A DNA stretch of 64,000 bases from Eledone cirrhosa. Taxonomy: Eukaryota. The notes under the pieces were generated by a model. The model did no database searches, had not been told where the DNA came from, and saw only the letters and a list, made by a program, of their open reading frames with translations. The stretch is taken from positions 407,650,001-407,714,000 of the forward strand of contig OZ024740.1 in assembly GCA_964016885.1 (NCBI GenBank). The letters run 5' to 3'. Every line of letters starts with the position of its first letter. The stretch's first letter is position 1. A program made the translations under genes and the position numbers. Positions 27,486-38,450 of the stretch are shown here, one piece after another.

Positions 27486-29556
27486 TCATCATCATCATCT
27501 TCGTTTAACGTCCATTTTCCAGGTTAGCATCGGTTAGACGGGAGTTGTCCCACTTGAGGCAAGGCTGGTTGGGTGACCGTGTTTCACTCATATAGGGCTA
27601 TCTGGCAGGTTTTCTACAGCTGGATGCCCTTCTTAACACCAACCACATTTACAGTGTGGAACTGGGAACTTTTTACCGTGTTACCTACACGGCCACATTA
27701 CAGCGTGGACTGTGTGTGTTTTTTGTCGTGACACCTACACGATCTCGATCTCATTTTCTCATGCTGTTGGTGGGAGTGGGAGGATAGGGTAGGGGTAGTT
27801 GGATTGGGGTGTATATTTGGTTAAGAGGTGCCTACTGACTGTAGGTTTCGCTTTGTACATAGGCAAGGCGGGTCTTCTGTATAACTGCGTAGCACCAAAG
27901 ATCTCGGTCCAGAGACACTGTGTTAGAGAGATGTAAGTGTGTGAGGTCGGAATTTATCAGATCATCCCAGGTTTTTCTGGGTCTTCCTACTCAGTAACTA
28001 CCATCAATTTTGATCGCCCTGCACTTTTTTATGCAGCTGTCGTCTTTCATGCGTATCACGTGACCATACCAACGTAGTCTTCTCTCAAGTAAACAGCATC
28101 TGATCCCTCTTATTCCTAATTTCTCACTTAGTTCATTTATGCTTTGCCGTTCACGTATATTACTATTACACATCCAACGGAGCATGCATGCTTCATTCCT
28201 TTCCAGTCTATGCAGGTCCTCTGCACGTAATGCCCATGTCTCACTGCCATGTAACATTGCTGTTCGTATACAGGCATCAAACAATCTGCCTTTCATTTTT
28301 AGAGAGAAAGCTTTTGTGGCCAACAGCGGTATAAGCCCTCTGAACTTTTTCCATCCCGTTCTGACTCTGGCTACAGAACACCCTCCACCACTGCTGATTT
28401 CGTTACCCAGGTAACGGAAAGTGTCTACTATTTCTATAGAACCATCTGGGCAATAGAAGGAGCTAGTATCCTTTGGACACTTGCTACTTATTGCACCTGA
28501 GCATCGGCCACATATAAAGTCTACGTTCTTAGATAGTTTACCTGGGATCCCACTACATTTTTTATGTACCCATACTTTGCATTTGGGACATAAAATTGAA
28601 TTTCTGCCTACTCCTTCCCTACACACTGAGCATGGCCATTTCCCTGAGGGAACCTGCGCCCTATTTTCCTTTCTACAAACTAGAACTTTAGTCTTAACAA
28701 GTTAACTTTAAGGCCTTTTGATTCTAGGCCATGCTTCCATGTTTCGAATTTCTTCTCTAGTTCAGCCATTGATTCAGCTATGAGCGTTAGATCATCTGCG
28801 TATAGGAGTTCCCATGGGCAGCCGGTCTTGAACTACTCTGTTATAGCCTGAAGGGCAATAATAAATAAGAGGGGGGCTAAGGACAGAGCCTTGATGAACG
28901 CCAACTTTTACACTAAATTCTGCACAATATTCATTGTTAATTCTAACCTTACTGACTGTTTCATTATACATAACTTGTATAGCTCTCACAAGCCATTCAT
29001 CTACACCTAGTTTTCTAAGAGCCCACCAGATAATGGAGCGGGGGAGTCTGTCAAAAGCTTTCTCCAGGTCTACAAAACCTAAGTAGAGGGGTTTACTTCT
29101 AGCTAGGTACTTCTCTTATAGTTGTTGTACAAGGAAAAGAGCGTCTGTGGTACTTTTACCTGACACAAACCCAAACTGCATTTCGTCTAGATCAATTCGC
29201 TCTCTGATTAGTTGCGCTATAACTCTTTCTGTGACCTCCATCACCTGGTCGATTAATTTAATGCCTCTATAGTTTCCCCGATCTAGGGCATCTCCTTTAC
29301 CCTTGTAGCAGTTAATGATGATGCTGTTACGCCAGTCTTTCGGTATGACCCCATTCTGTATTACTTGGTTAACTCTACAGGTGACATAGTGTGTCCTACC
29401 ATACCAGATGCCTTCAACATCTCAGCATCTATCTCCGAAGGCCCAGCTGCCTTGCCTGTCTTCATATCTTTGATTGCCTTACTTATTATACTACCTTTAA
29501 TTTGCACCGATATTCCCTCTATTGGATTGATTTGGGGCAGACTATCTTTTTCCCAT
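27486..29556 (-). mobile_element. 5'-truncated, frameshifted RTE LINE (diverged subfamily)
   Basis: Fragments WEKDSLPQI..GKAAGPSEI, GVHQGSVLSP, YADD, PHD-type finger, RRLRWYGHV; 3' UTR and (GAT)n tail. Confidence 0.92.
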
Positions 29557-30003
29557 ATATATATATATATATTATATATAGACATATCTGTATATATATA
29601 TATATATATATATACAGATGTGCATATATATATACATATGTGTATATATATTTTGACAGCGGTCAGAAATTATTTTCTTATATCAAAATTTAATGGGCTT
29701 CCACTGATGATTTATAAGTGCCCACCTAAATATATTCTTACATGAATATATATTAGGCTTCTACATAAACTGGAAACATTCTCTTGTAGAAAACTTATAA
29801 TGAAACAATTGTTTGGAAAGAGAGATATACTTTAACTTTAATTATATCTCATAAAATAATACAACTGGTTTTTCCACATTATACATATTGTTAGCGCCCC
29901 AAACACTTAAATTGGGTTTATATTTAAATATAACCTAATGTTTGTTGAGTGAGATGGTTACCAGTCGGAGTTTAGCTTTGAACTATCTCTGTTATTGTAT
30001 TAA

Positions 30004-30042
<39 letters not shown>

Positions 30043-30140
30043 TGTGCATATATATATATACATATGTGTATATATATATATATATATACACATATGTATA
30101 TACGTATATACGTATATATATATATATATATATACACGTG

Positions 30141-30172
<32 letters not shown>

Positions 30173-30229
30173 TCTTTATATATATATATATATATATACT
30201 ATTATTCTCTCATACAATATTTTAAATAT

Positions 30230-33200
30230 ATTTGTTATTATTCCAAACTCTTAATTCCCGCTCCTTAATATCTTCTCCCCCTCCACCACACTCTACAACA
30301 TGCGGTCAACCCCTCCCCCACCCTCTCTCTCATTCCATATATATATAAGATAACCCACATAAGAAATCCACTTTCGCCAAATTTGTGGCCGTTTGTCATT
30401 CAATGGTATAATGTAACGTACACATTTTTCTAACTTTTCTAACATCCGATTAATTCCATAGTCCTTTCAAACCCTATAGCATTTCTATCCTCATTCCAAT
30501 TCTTTTTCACTAATTTCCTATGTATCCTATCTCGTATTTTCCAAAACAAATCTTGTATTTCGTCATTTCATGTTAAATACGAAAGTTTTTGGCGTATTTT
30601 ACTAAACAAATCTTGTATTTTTGTTTGTTAAATTCGAGGATCTCACTTAAACCTATTCTTCTCGCTCACAACTCAACACCCCTCCCTCCCGCCCCCACAC
30701 AACACCATTATTATTACGTGGACCAATCATAAGCCAGAGGCCTATACTATCGTTTACCTGGTCGCCTTCGATATGTAGGATGGAAGGACTACGGAGTTCC
30801 GGAGAGTTGAAGAGAGAAAAATCTGGACGCTCAGCGACAATGCCAAAGATAAAGACAAACACACCTCGTGGACGAGAATGCGAGCATTCCTCTTTGTTTC
30901 GGCCGCGGATGGCCAACATAACCCCGTCTCCCCCCGCTCCCCACCTTTCCCACCCTCCAAACGCAATCCAAAACTTCAGAGTTGGTACCTTGAATGTAGG
31001 CACCTTAAAGGGTCGCTCTAACGAGGTTGTAGAAATGCTTGAACGTAAGGAGGTCGATGTTTGTTGTATTCAAGAGACGAGGTGGAGGGGTGGATCTGCT
31101 AGATTCATTGTGGGTAGAAAACGATGCTATAAGCTTTTCTGGGTGGGAAATGACAATGGGCTGGGTGGAGTAGGAATCATGGTAGCAGAAAAGTGGGCAG
31201 ATAAGATAATAGACGTAAATAGAGTGAACGACAGAATAATTAAAATAAGACTTGTCCTCAATAGAACTACGGTGACAGTAATATCCGCGTACGCACCCCA
31301 ATCCGGACTGCCCAGCACTATAAAAGACAGATTCTATGAGACACTGATGCTCACTACCTCCCAAATAACCGACAGTGACTATATAATTATTGTGGGCGAC
31401 CTAAATGGTCACGTTGGACAACATTGTGACGGCTACGACGAAATCCATGGAGGCTATGGGTTTGGTACTAGAAATGAGGAAGGCTCCAGAATCCTGGAAT
31501 TCTGTGACGCAAATAACCTAACTATCTGCAACACTAACTTCAAAAAACGAGACAATCACTTGATCACCTACAGATCAAGGGAACATACCAGCCAGGTAGA
31601 TTATATCCTTACCAGAAGACGTGACAGAGTGTCTGTTGTAAACACCAAATCCCTCCCCCATGAAGAATGCACCTCCCAACATAGACTGATAATTAGCGAC
31701 CTCATAGTCAGGACGAGACGTACTCGACAGCAGAAGAGGACTATCCTCAGGAGAAAAATATGGAAGCTAAAGGACCCCACAGCCAAAAATAAATTTCAAA
31801 GCATATTACTTGATGCTTTCGACAGTAAGGAAGAGCATTTAGAGTTGGACAATATAGAGGGACAGTGGGAATTTCTGAAAGCAAACCTGCTGATGGCGAC
31901 AGATGAAGTCTGTGGCTGGAGCAGGCCTGTTGGCAGGAGGAGAGTAACTTGGTGGTGGAACAGTAAGGTGGAGGAGTCAATCAAGGCCAAAAAGCAGGCT
32001 TGGAAAGTATGGCGGGATGGGGGAAGTAGAGAAGACTATCAAGTGGCCAGGAGGGAAGCTAGGAGACAAGTGTACTTCGCAAGAAGGGAAGCAGAGGAAA
32101 GAAAGTTCAAGCATGTTCTACAACGCGAGGACCAAAAACGTGAGGTGTTCAGGATTGCTAGGCAATGTGTCAAGGAAAACAGTGATATTGTCGGGGAGAA
32201 GTGTGTACTTAATGATGACGGCGTACTTGCCATCACCGACGCTGATAAGAAGGTAGCTTGGAAGTGTCACTATGAAAGGCTACTAAATGAGGAGAATAAA
32301 TGGGAGAAAGACAGTCTCCCCCACATCGACCCAATAGAGGGACCAGCAGTGTTAGTCGAGGGTAGTATAATAAGTAAGGCAATCAAAGATATGAAGACGG
32401 GTAAGGCGGCTGGGCCTTCGGAAATAGTTGCCGAGATGCTGAAGGCATCTGGTACGGTGGGACACACCATGGTCACCCGGATAGTCAACCAAGTCATACA
32501 GAATGGGGCTGTTCCGAAGGACTGGCGTAGCAGCATCATCGTTAACTGTTATAAGGGTAAAGGAGATGCCCTAGATAGGAGTAACTATAGAGGCATTAAA
32601 TTAATCGACCAGGTCATGAAGGTCACGGAAAAAGTAATAGCGCAACTAATCAGAGAGCGAATTGATCTAGATGAAATGCAGTTCGGGTTTGTGTCAGGAA
32701 AAAGTACCACAGACGCTCTTTTCATTGTACGACAACTACAGGAGAAGTACCTAGCTAAAAGTAAACCCCTATACTTAGCTTTCGTCGACTTGGAGAAAGC
32801 CTTCGACAGAGTCCCCCGTTCCATTATCTGGTGGGCTCTTAGAAAACTAGGTGTTGATGAATGGCTTGTGAGAGCTATACAAGCCATGTATAAAGAAACA
32901 GTCAGCAAGGTTAGAATTAACAACGAATATAGTGAAGAGTTTAGTGTAAAAGTTGGTGTTCATCAGGGCTCTGTTCTTAGCCCCCTACTATTTATTATTG
33001 CCCTCCAGGCTATAACAGTGGAGTTCAAGACCGGCTGCCCATGGGAACTCCTATACGCAGACGATCTAACGCTCATAGCTGAAACAATGGCCGAGCTAGA
33101 GAAGAAATTCCAAACATGGAAGCACGGCCTAGAATCAAAAGGCCTTAAAATTAACCTGGCTAAGACTAAAGTTCTAGTTTGTAAGAAAGAAAATAAGGCG

Positions 33201-34402
33201 GCAGTCCCCTCCGGGAAGTGGCCATGCTCAGAGTGTAGGAAAGGCGTAGGTAGAAACTCCATTTTGTGTCCCAAATGCAAAGTTTGGGTGCATAAAAGAT
33301 GTAGTGGGATCACAGGTAAGCTAACTAAGAACATAGATTTTACATGTGGCCGGTGTTCTGAGGCAATAAGTAGCAGCAAGTGCCCAAAAAATACTAGCTC
33401 TTTCAACTGCGCAGAGGGTTCTATAGAAATAGTGGACAGCTTCCGTTACCTGGGTGACAAAATCAGCAGTGGGGGAGGGTGCTCTGAAAGTACAGTAGCT
33501 AGAGTCAGAACTGGGTGGAAAAAGTTCAGAGAGCTCATACCACTATTAGCCGCTAAAGGGTTCTCCCTAAAAATGAAAGGCGGGTTCTACGATGCCTGCA
33601 TACGAACAGCAATGTTGCACGGCAGTGAGACCTGGGCATTGTGTGCAGAGGATATACGCAGACTAGAGAGAAACGAAGCTTGCATGTTCCGCTGGATGTG
33701 TAATAGTAATATACGTGAACGGCAAAGCATAAACGAACTAAGGAAAAAATTAGAAATAAGAGGGATCAGATGTTGTTTACTCGAGAGAAGGCTACGTTGG
33801 TATGGTCACACGATGCGCATGAAGGACGATAGCTGTATAACAAAGTGCAGGACAATAAAGATAGACGGTAGCCACGGAATAGGTAGACCCAGAAAAACCT
33901 GGGACGAGCTGATAAATTCCGACCTCACACACTTACACCTCACCAAGACAATGTCACTGGACCGAGACCTTTGGCGGTACTCAGTAATAGAGAAGACCCG
34001 CCTTACCTAAATACAAAGTAAAACCTACTACAGTCAGTAGGCATCTCTAACAAAATACACCCCCGTCCCACCACCCCACCCCATCCACACCGCCCCTTTC
34101 AATGTAAAGTTATGTTAGTGCCACAACATCCAGGCCGAAACAAATGAGATCGTGTAGGTGTCACGTCAAAAAAACACACAGTTCACGCTGTAATGTGGCC
34201 GTGTAGGCAACACGGTAAAAACCTCCCAGCCCCACACTGTAAATGTGGTTGGTGTTTGGAAGGGCATCCAGCTGTAGAAAACCCGCCAGACAGTCCTATG
34301 CGAGCAAGATAACCACTCTTGCCTCAAGTGGGAAAACCCTCCGTCCAAACCCATGCAAGCATGGAACACGGACGTTAAACGATGATGATGATGATGATGA
34401 TG
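30230..34402 (+). mobile_element. Apparently full-length RTE-clade LINE
   Basis: 5' UTR (5' boundary uncertain), single intact ORF, about 370-nt 3' UTR, (GAT)n tail; flanked by TA-rich microsatellite. Confidence 0.93.
30780..34010 (+). CDS. RTE LINE ORF: APE endonuclease + reverse transcriptase + PHD-type zinc finger (1076 aa)
   Basis: GTLNVGTL, CIQETRW, SAYAPQ, GDLNGHVG, QVDYIL, SQHRL (APE); NYRGIKL, QFGF, FVDLEKAFDRV, GVHQGSVLSPLLF, LLYADD (RT); CSEC..CPKC..WVHKRC..CGRC; RRLRWYGH, GRPRKTW. No stops. Confidence 0.95.
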   Translation: MEGLRSSGELKREKSGRSATMPKIKTNTPRGRECEHSSLFRPRMANITPSPPAPHLSHPPNAIQNFRVGTLNVGTLKGRSNEVVEMLERKEVDVCCIQETRWRGGSARFIVGRKRCYKLFWVGNDNGLGGVGIMVAEKWADKIIDVNRVNDRIIKIRLVLNRTTVTVISAYAPQSGLPSTIKDRFYETLMLTTSQITDSDYIIIVGDLNGHVGQHCDGYDEIHGGYGFGTRNEEGSRILEFCDANNLTICNTNFKKRDNHLITYRSREHTSQVDYILTRRRDRVSVVNTKSLPHEECTSQHRLIISDLIVRTRRTRQQKRTILRRKIWKLKDPTAKNKFQSILLDAFDSKEEHLELDNIEGQWEFLKANLLMATDEVCGWSRPVGRRRVTWWWNSKVEESIKAKKQAWKVWRDGGSREDYQVARREARRQVYFARREAEERKFKHVLQREDQKREVFRIARQCVKENSDIVGEKCVLNDDGVLAITDADKKVAWKCHYERLLNEENKWEKDSLPHIDPIEGPAVLVEGSIISKAIKDMKTGKAAGPSEIVAEMLKASGTVGHTMVTRIVNQVIQNGAVPKDWRSSIIVNCYKGKGDALDRSNYRGIKLIDQVMKVTEKVIAQLIRERIDLDEMQFGFVSGKSTTDALFIVRQLQEKYLAKSKPLYLAFVDLEKAFDRVPRSIIWWALRKLGVDEWLVRAIQAMYKETVSKVRINNEYSEEFSVKVGVHQGSVLSPLLFIIALQAITVEFKTGCPWELLYADDLTLIAETMAELEKKFQTWKHGLESKGLKINLAKTKVLVCKKENKAAVPSGKWPCSECRKGVGRNSILCPKCKVWVHKRCSGITGKLTKNIDFTCGRCSEAISSSKCPKNTSSFNCAEGSIEIVDSFRYLGDKISSGGGCSESTVARVRTGWKKFRELIPLLAAKGFSLKMKGGFYDACIRTAMLHGSETWALCAEDIRRLERNEACMFRWMCNSNIRERQSINELRKKLEIRGIRCCLLERRLRWYGHTMRMKDDSCITKCRTIKIDGSHGIGRPRKTWDELINSDLTHLHLTKTMSLDRDLWRYSVIEKTRLT

Positions 34403-34446
34403 ACAAGTGTATATATATATGCACATCTGTATATATATATATATAT

Positions 34447-34533
<87 letters not shown>

Positions 34534-34754
34534 TTGAAGTTCTGGTCAACTTTATTTAGTTACCTACCTAGCTATGTGTGGTTACACACTTGTAAAAATT
34601 ATCTCCTGTGATTATTCATGTTTATTTATATGTTAATCAATTTCTAGTTATTATAAAATACTCGGACCTACTCGTTAGAATCTTAGAGCTTATTTTGCGG
34701 CTGATAAGGCGCATGTCTTTCTGGCATGACACCCATAATTTTGATTTAATAATA

Positions 34755-34940
34755 ATATAATTGTTTCTACGTTAGGCACAAGGCCAGCAATTATCCAGTG
34801 TATTACTTCATTTTATCGACCCCGTAAGGATGAAAGACAAAGTTAACCTCGGCGGGATTTGAACTCAGAATGGCAAGGGCAGTAACTCTATGCATCAAAG
34901 CATGGCGTCCGACCCTCTACCGATACTGCCAATCCACAAT
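34755..34940 (-). mobile_element. Second-family tRNA-derived SINE
   Basis: ttttatcgaccccgtaaggatgaaagacaaagttaacctcggcgggatttgaactcag, as at 12745 and 45728. Confidence 0.75.
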
Positions 34941-35020
34941 AATAATGAAATATTGTGTACAGTGCTCAGGTGCACTACAACTCATCAAAAGATTAAATTC
35001 ATTTGATTTATCTTAATTTT

Positions 35021-35096
<76 letters not shown>

Positions 35097-35224
35097 AAAG
35101 TTATATTTAAAATTGTTGGGTTACAACTAGTAAATATTTATAACTGATATAAAAGCACTCGACAAATATTTGGAGTATATTTACAATATTAAATAAATGG
35201 AAACTATATTTATAAAACCATATT

Positions 35225-35290
35225 TATTTCATTATATATATTTCGGGGATATCATATTAACAATATGCTATGCCTTCCTCAGACAAAATA
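35225..35290 (-). ncRNA. Type I hammerhead ribozyme (mirror copy of 38005-38070)
   Basis: Reverse complement of the 38005-38070 motif within the inverted repeat. Confidence 0.75.
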
Positions 35291-36715
35291 CAATATAAAC
35301 AGTTTTATAGATAAATATATTCGACATACCGTTATAACACCGACTTCCATTTGGAGAGGTTTACGCTGGCAGTGAAAAAATTTTACACAGAGAGAAAGAA
35401 AAAGAGAAAAAGAAAGAAAGACAGAAAACGAAGAAAAGGAAGAAAAAGAAGAAATGCATGGAACAAAATAGAGAGAGGGAAAGATAGATAAAGCGAAGAA
35501 CTTCATGTAAAGAAACAGAAAGAGATATATATATAGAGAGAGAGGAAATAGAGATAGATACATATATATATAGAAAATTAGGTAGTGGGAGGTCATTTTG
35601 AGTAAATGTATCAATGATACATTTATTTATTTATTTATTTATTTAGCTCAAGTATTAATGTAAGGGAGATATATATATAGAGAAAAAAATATAGAGAGAG
35701 GAAAAGATAGCGAGAGAAAAAAAATTTAAAAATAGCCAGATATATTCGAGGCGTAAAAACCCTATGTTTTAATGTATTAGTATTTATAAAACTTAGACTA
35801 TAATGTAAATATCAGTATTCCTGAATGAGACAAGTACCCGTACCCAAAGTGTGTGAAAATTAATTATCTTATGTTTAGTTTTAAAAATTCATATGTTTAT
35901 GTGACAGCTACAAACATCAATGCGAATCCACATGATTCACCCTGCAAACTCTAAGTTCACGGAAAACATTCTCAATGTGGTATAAAAATTTGAGCATACA
36001 TATATGTGTATTAATTATTATTCCTGTCTTTACTCAACAAGATTATCTATCAAGCAGAAATAGAGAGCAGATTTCAATATACTAATAAAAATATATATCA
36101 GAAACAAAACTAAAAATAAAAAAGATAGCAATAATAATAATAAGTAAAAATAAGTAATAATAAAATAGAAAACTAAAAAAATAAAAAAATATTACGAAAG
36201 AATATTACATAATAAAAATATTACATATTAAAAATATTACGTATTAAAAAATATTACGTATTAAAAATTTACATATTAAAGATATTAAAAATAAAAATAA
36301 AAAATAAAAAATATTATAAAATACTACAATAATAAAAAATAAAAATAAAAATAAAAATAAACCACAAAGATCAACCCTTCAAAATTAATTGACAATATAT
36401 TGCCAAGTTCATTACAAGACAAAGCCAAAAATTATCTATCAAATCACATCTAGCAAAGATCATTTCAAAAAGTCTATGGTGTCCAAATTGGTCTACATAT
36501 GTTCTTATATTTAATATAGAAGTTTATCTAGTGTAAGGTTTATTCAAAAAATTTGGAGCATCAGCTTTTAGGGTAGCTTAATTTTTCATGAGGAATGTTT
36601 AAATAAAAATAAAATAAAAATAAACAATAAAAAAGAATAAAGAAGGAATCAAAAATTTAGGAATCAAAAATTTATCGGCTAGTTTCCCATATAAATATAA
36701 ATCAAACTAAATATA

Positions 36716-36979
36716 CTACATTTTAAATTTAAATTTATATTTAAACGTTGAGTTTAATCTATGTTTGCAACAACTGAATAAATTTGTCCGTAGGTTAAGG
36801 GAATTTTTAGATTTTAGTATAAAGAATATCTCCTCTGCGCAGAGGTCACATGTCTCAGAGGATGAATTAAAAGGAATCCCTCTTGAAACTATATTCCAAA
36901 CCGTCGAATATCTAACGTTATCTACCTTAAGTTGCCAGAGTACAACTGATAGTGCCGTTGAAGATTTTTTACTTGGATC
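36716..36979 (-). pseudogene. C-terminal fragment of a PLE GIY-YIG endonuclease (CxLC...CxH type)
   Basis: Hand translation: DPSKKSSTALSVVLWQLKVDNVRYSTVWNIVSRGIPFNSSSETCDLCAEEIFFILKSKNSLNLRTNLFSCCKHRLNSTFKYKFKFKM*. Resembles the PLE pattern STxLSxxxWxLK..WxI..CxLCxxE..LNxRxE..CxH. Absent from the ORF track because it has no start codon. Confidence 0.75.
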
Positions 36980-38004
36980 TGTATCTTTAATATGTAAATT
37001 TTTGGATCTGTATCTTTAATATGTAAATTTTTAATACGTAATATTTTTTAATACGTAATATTTTTAATATGTAATATTTTTATTATGTAATATTCTTTCG
37101 TAATATTTTTTTATTTTTTTAGTTTTCTATTTTATTATTACTTATTTTTACTTATTATTATTATTGCTATCTTTTTTATTTTTAGTTTTGTTTCTGATAT
37201 ATATTTTTATTAGTATATTGAAATCTGCTCTCTATTTCTGCTTGATAGATAATCTTGTTGAGTAAAGACAGGAATAATAATTAATACACATATATGTATG
37301 CTCAAATTTTTATACCACATTGAGAATGTTTTCCGTGAACTTAGAGTTTGCAGGGTGAATCATGTGGATTCGCATTGATGTTTGTAGCTGTCACATAAAC
37401 ATATGAATTTTTAAAACTAAACATAAGATAATTAATTTTCACACACTTTGGGTACGGGTACTTGTCTCATTCAGGAATACTGATATTTACATTATAGTCT
37501 AAGTTTTATAAATACTAATACATTAAAACATAGGGTTTTTACGCCTCGAATATATCTGGCTATTTTTAAATTTTTTTTCTCTCGCTATCTTTTCCTCTCT
37601 CTATATTTTTTTCTCTCTATATATATCTCCCTTACATTAATACTTGAGCTAAATAAATAAATAAATAAATAAATGTATCATTGATACATTTACTCAAAAT
37701 GACCTCCCACTACCTAATTTTCTATATATATATGTATCTATCTCTATTTCCTCTCTCTCTATATATATATCTCTTTCTGTTTCTTTACATGAAGTTCTTC
37801 GCTTTATCTATCTTTCCCTCTCTCTATTTTGTTCCATGCATTTCTTCTTTTTCTTCCTTTTCTTCGTTTTCTGTCTTTCTTTCTTTTTCTCTTTTTCTTT
37901 CTCTCTGTGTAAAATTTTTTCACTGCCAGCGTAAACCTCTCCAAATGGAAGTCGGTGTTATAACGGTATGTCGAATATATTTATCTATAAAACTGTTTAT
38001 ATTG

Positions 38005-38070
38005 TATTTTGTCTGAGGAAGGCATAGCATATTGTTAATATGATATCCCCGAAATATATATAATGAAATA
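38005..38070 (+). ncRNA. Type I hammerhead ribozyme near PLE 3' end
   Basis: UAUUUUGU-CUGAGGA-[AGGCAUAG-CAUAUU-GUU-AAUAUG-AUAUCCCC]-GAAA-UAUAUA-UA/AUGAAAUA. 8-bp stem I with two G-U pairs, palindromic AUAUAUAU stem III, AUA triplet. Confidence 0.78.
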
Positions 38071-38096
38071 AATATGGTTTTATAAATATAGTTTCC

Positions 38097-38166
<70 letters not shown>

Positions 38167-38250
38167 TAGTGTATATATATATGCACATCTGTATATATAT
38201 ATATATATATACACATATGTATGTATATATATATATGTGTATATATATAT

Positions 38251-38450
38251 TGTTAAATTATGCCTCAATACGAGGATCTTATTTAAACCTTACCTTCTCG
38301 CTAACAACTCAACATCCCTCCCCCACACCACCATTATTATTACGTGGACCAATCATAAGTCAGAGGCCTATACTATCGCTTACCTGGTTGCCTTTCGATA
38401 TGATGGATGGATGGACTACGGAATTCTGGAGTGTTGAAGAGAGAAAAATG
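38251..38450 (+). mobile_element. Isolated RTE 5' UTR/ORF-start fragment
   Basis: Colinear with about 30625-30825 (ccattattattacgtggaccaatcataag, gaggcctatactatcg, ggactacgga, gttgaagagagaaaaat). Confidence 0.8.

Larger units (their letters stand above)
35093..38104. mobile_element. Second PLE family, 3' fragment in tail-outward foldback arrangement
   Basis: About 1094-bp inverted repeat (35191-36284 / 37011-38104), identical wherever compared. The spacer carries a GIY-YIG-type C-terminus on the minus strand. There is a hammerhead near each outer end and (TA)n on both flanks. Confidence 0.8.

Noticed and set aside
35279-38016. Identical 111-aa ORFs on opposite strands
   Set aside because: Low-complexity CT-rich sequence duplicated by the inverted repeat; no protein motif.
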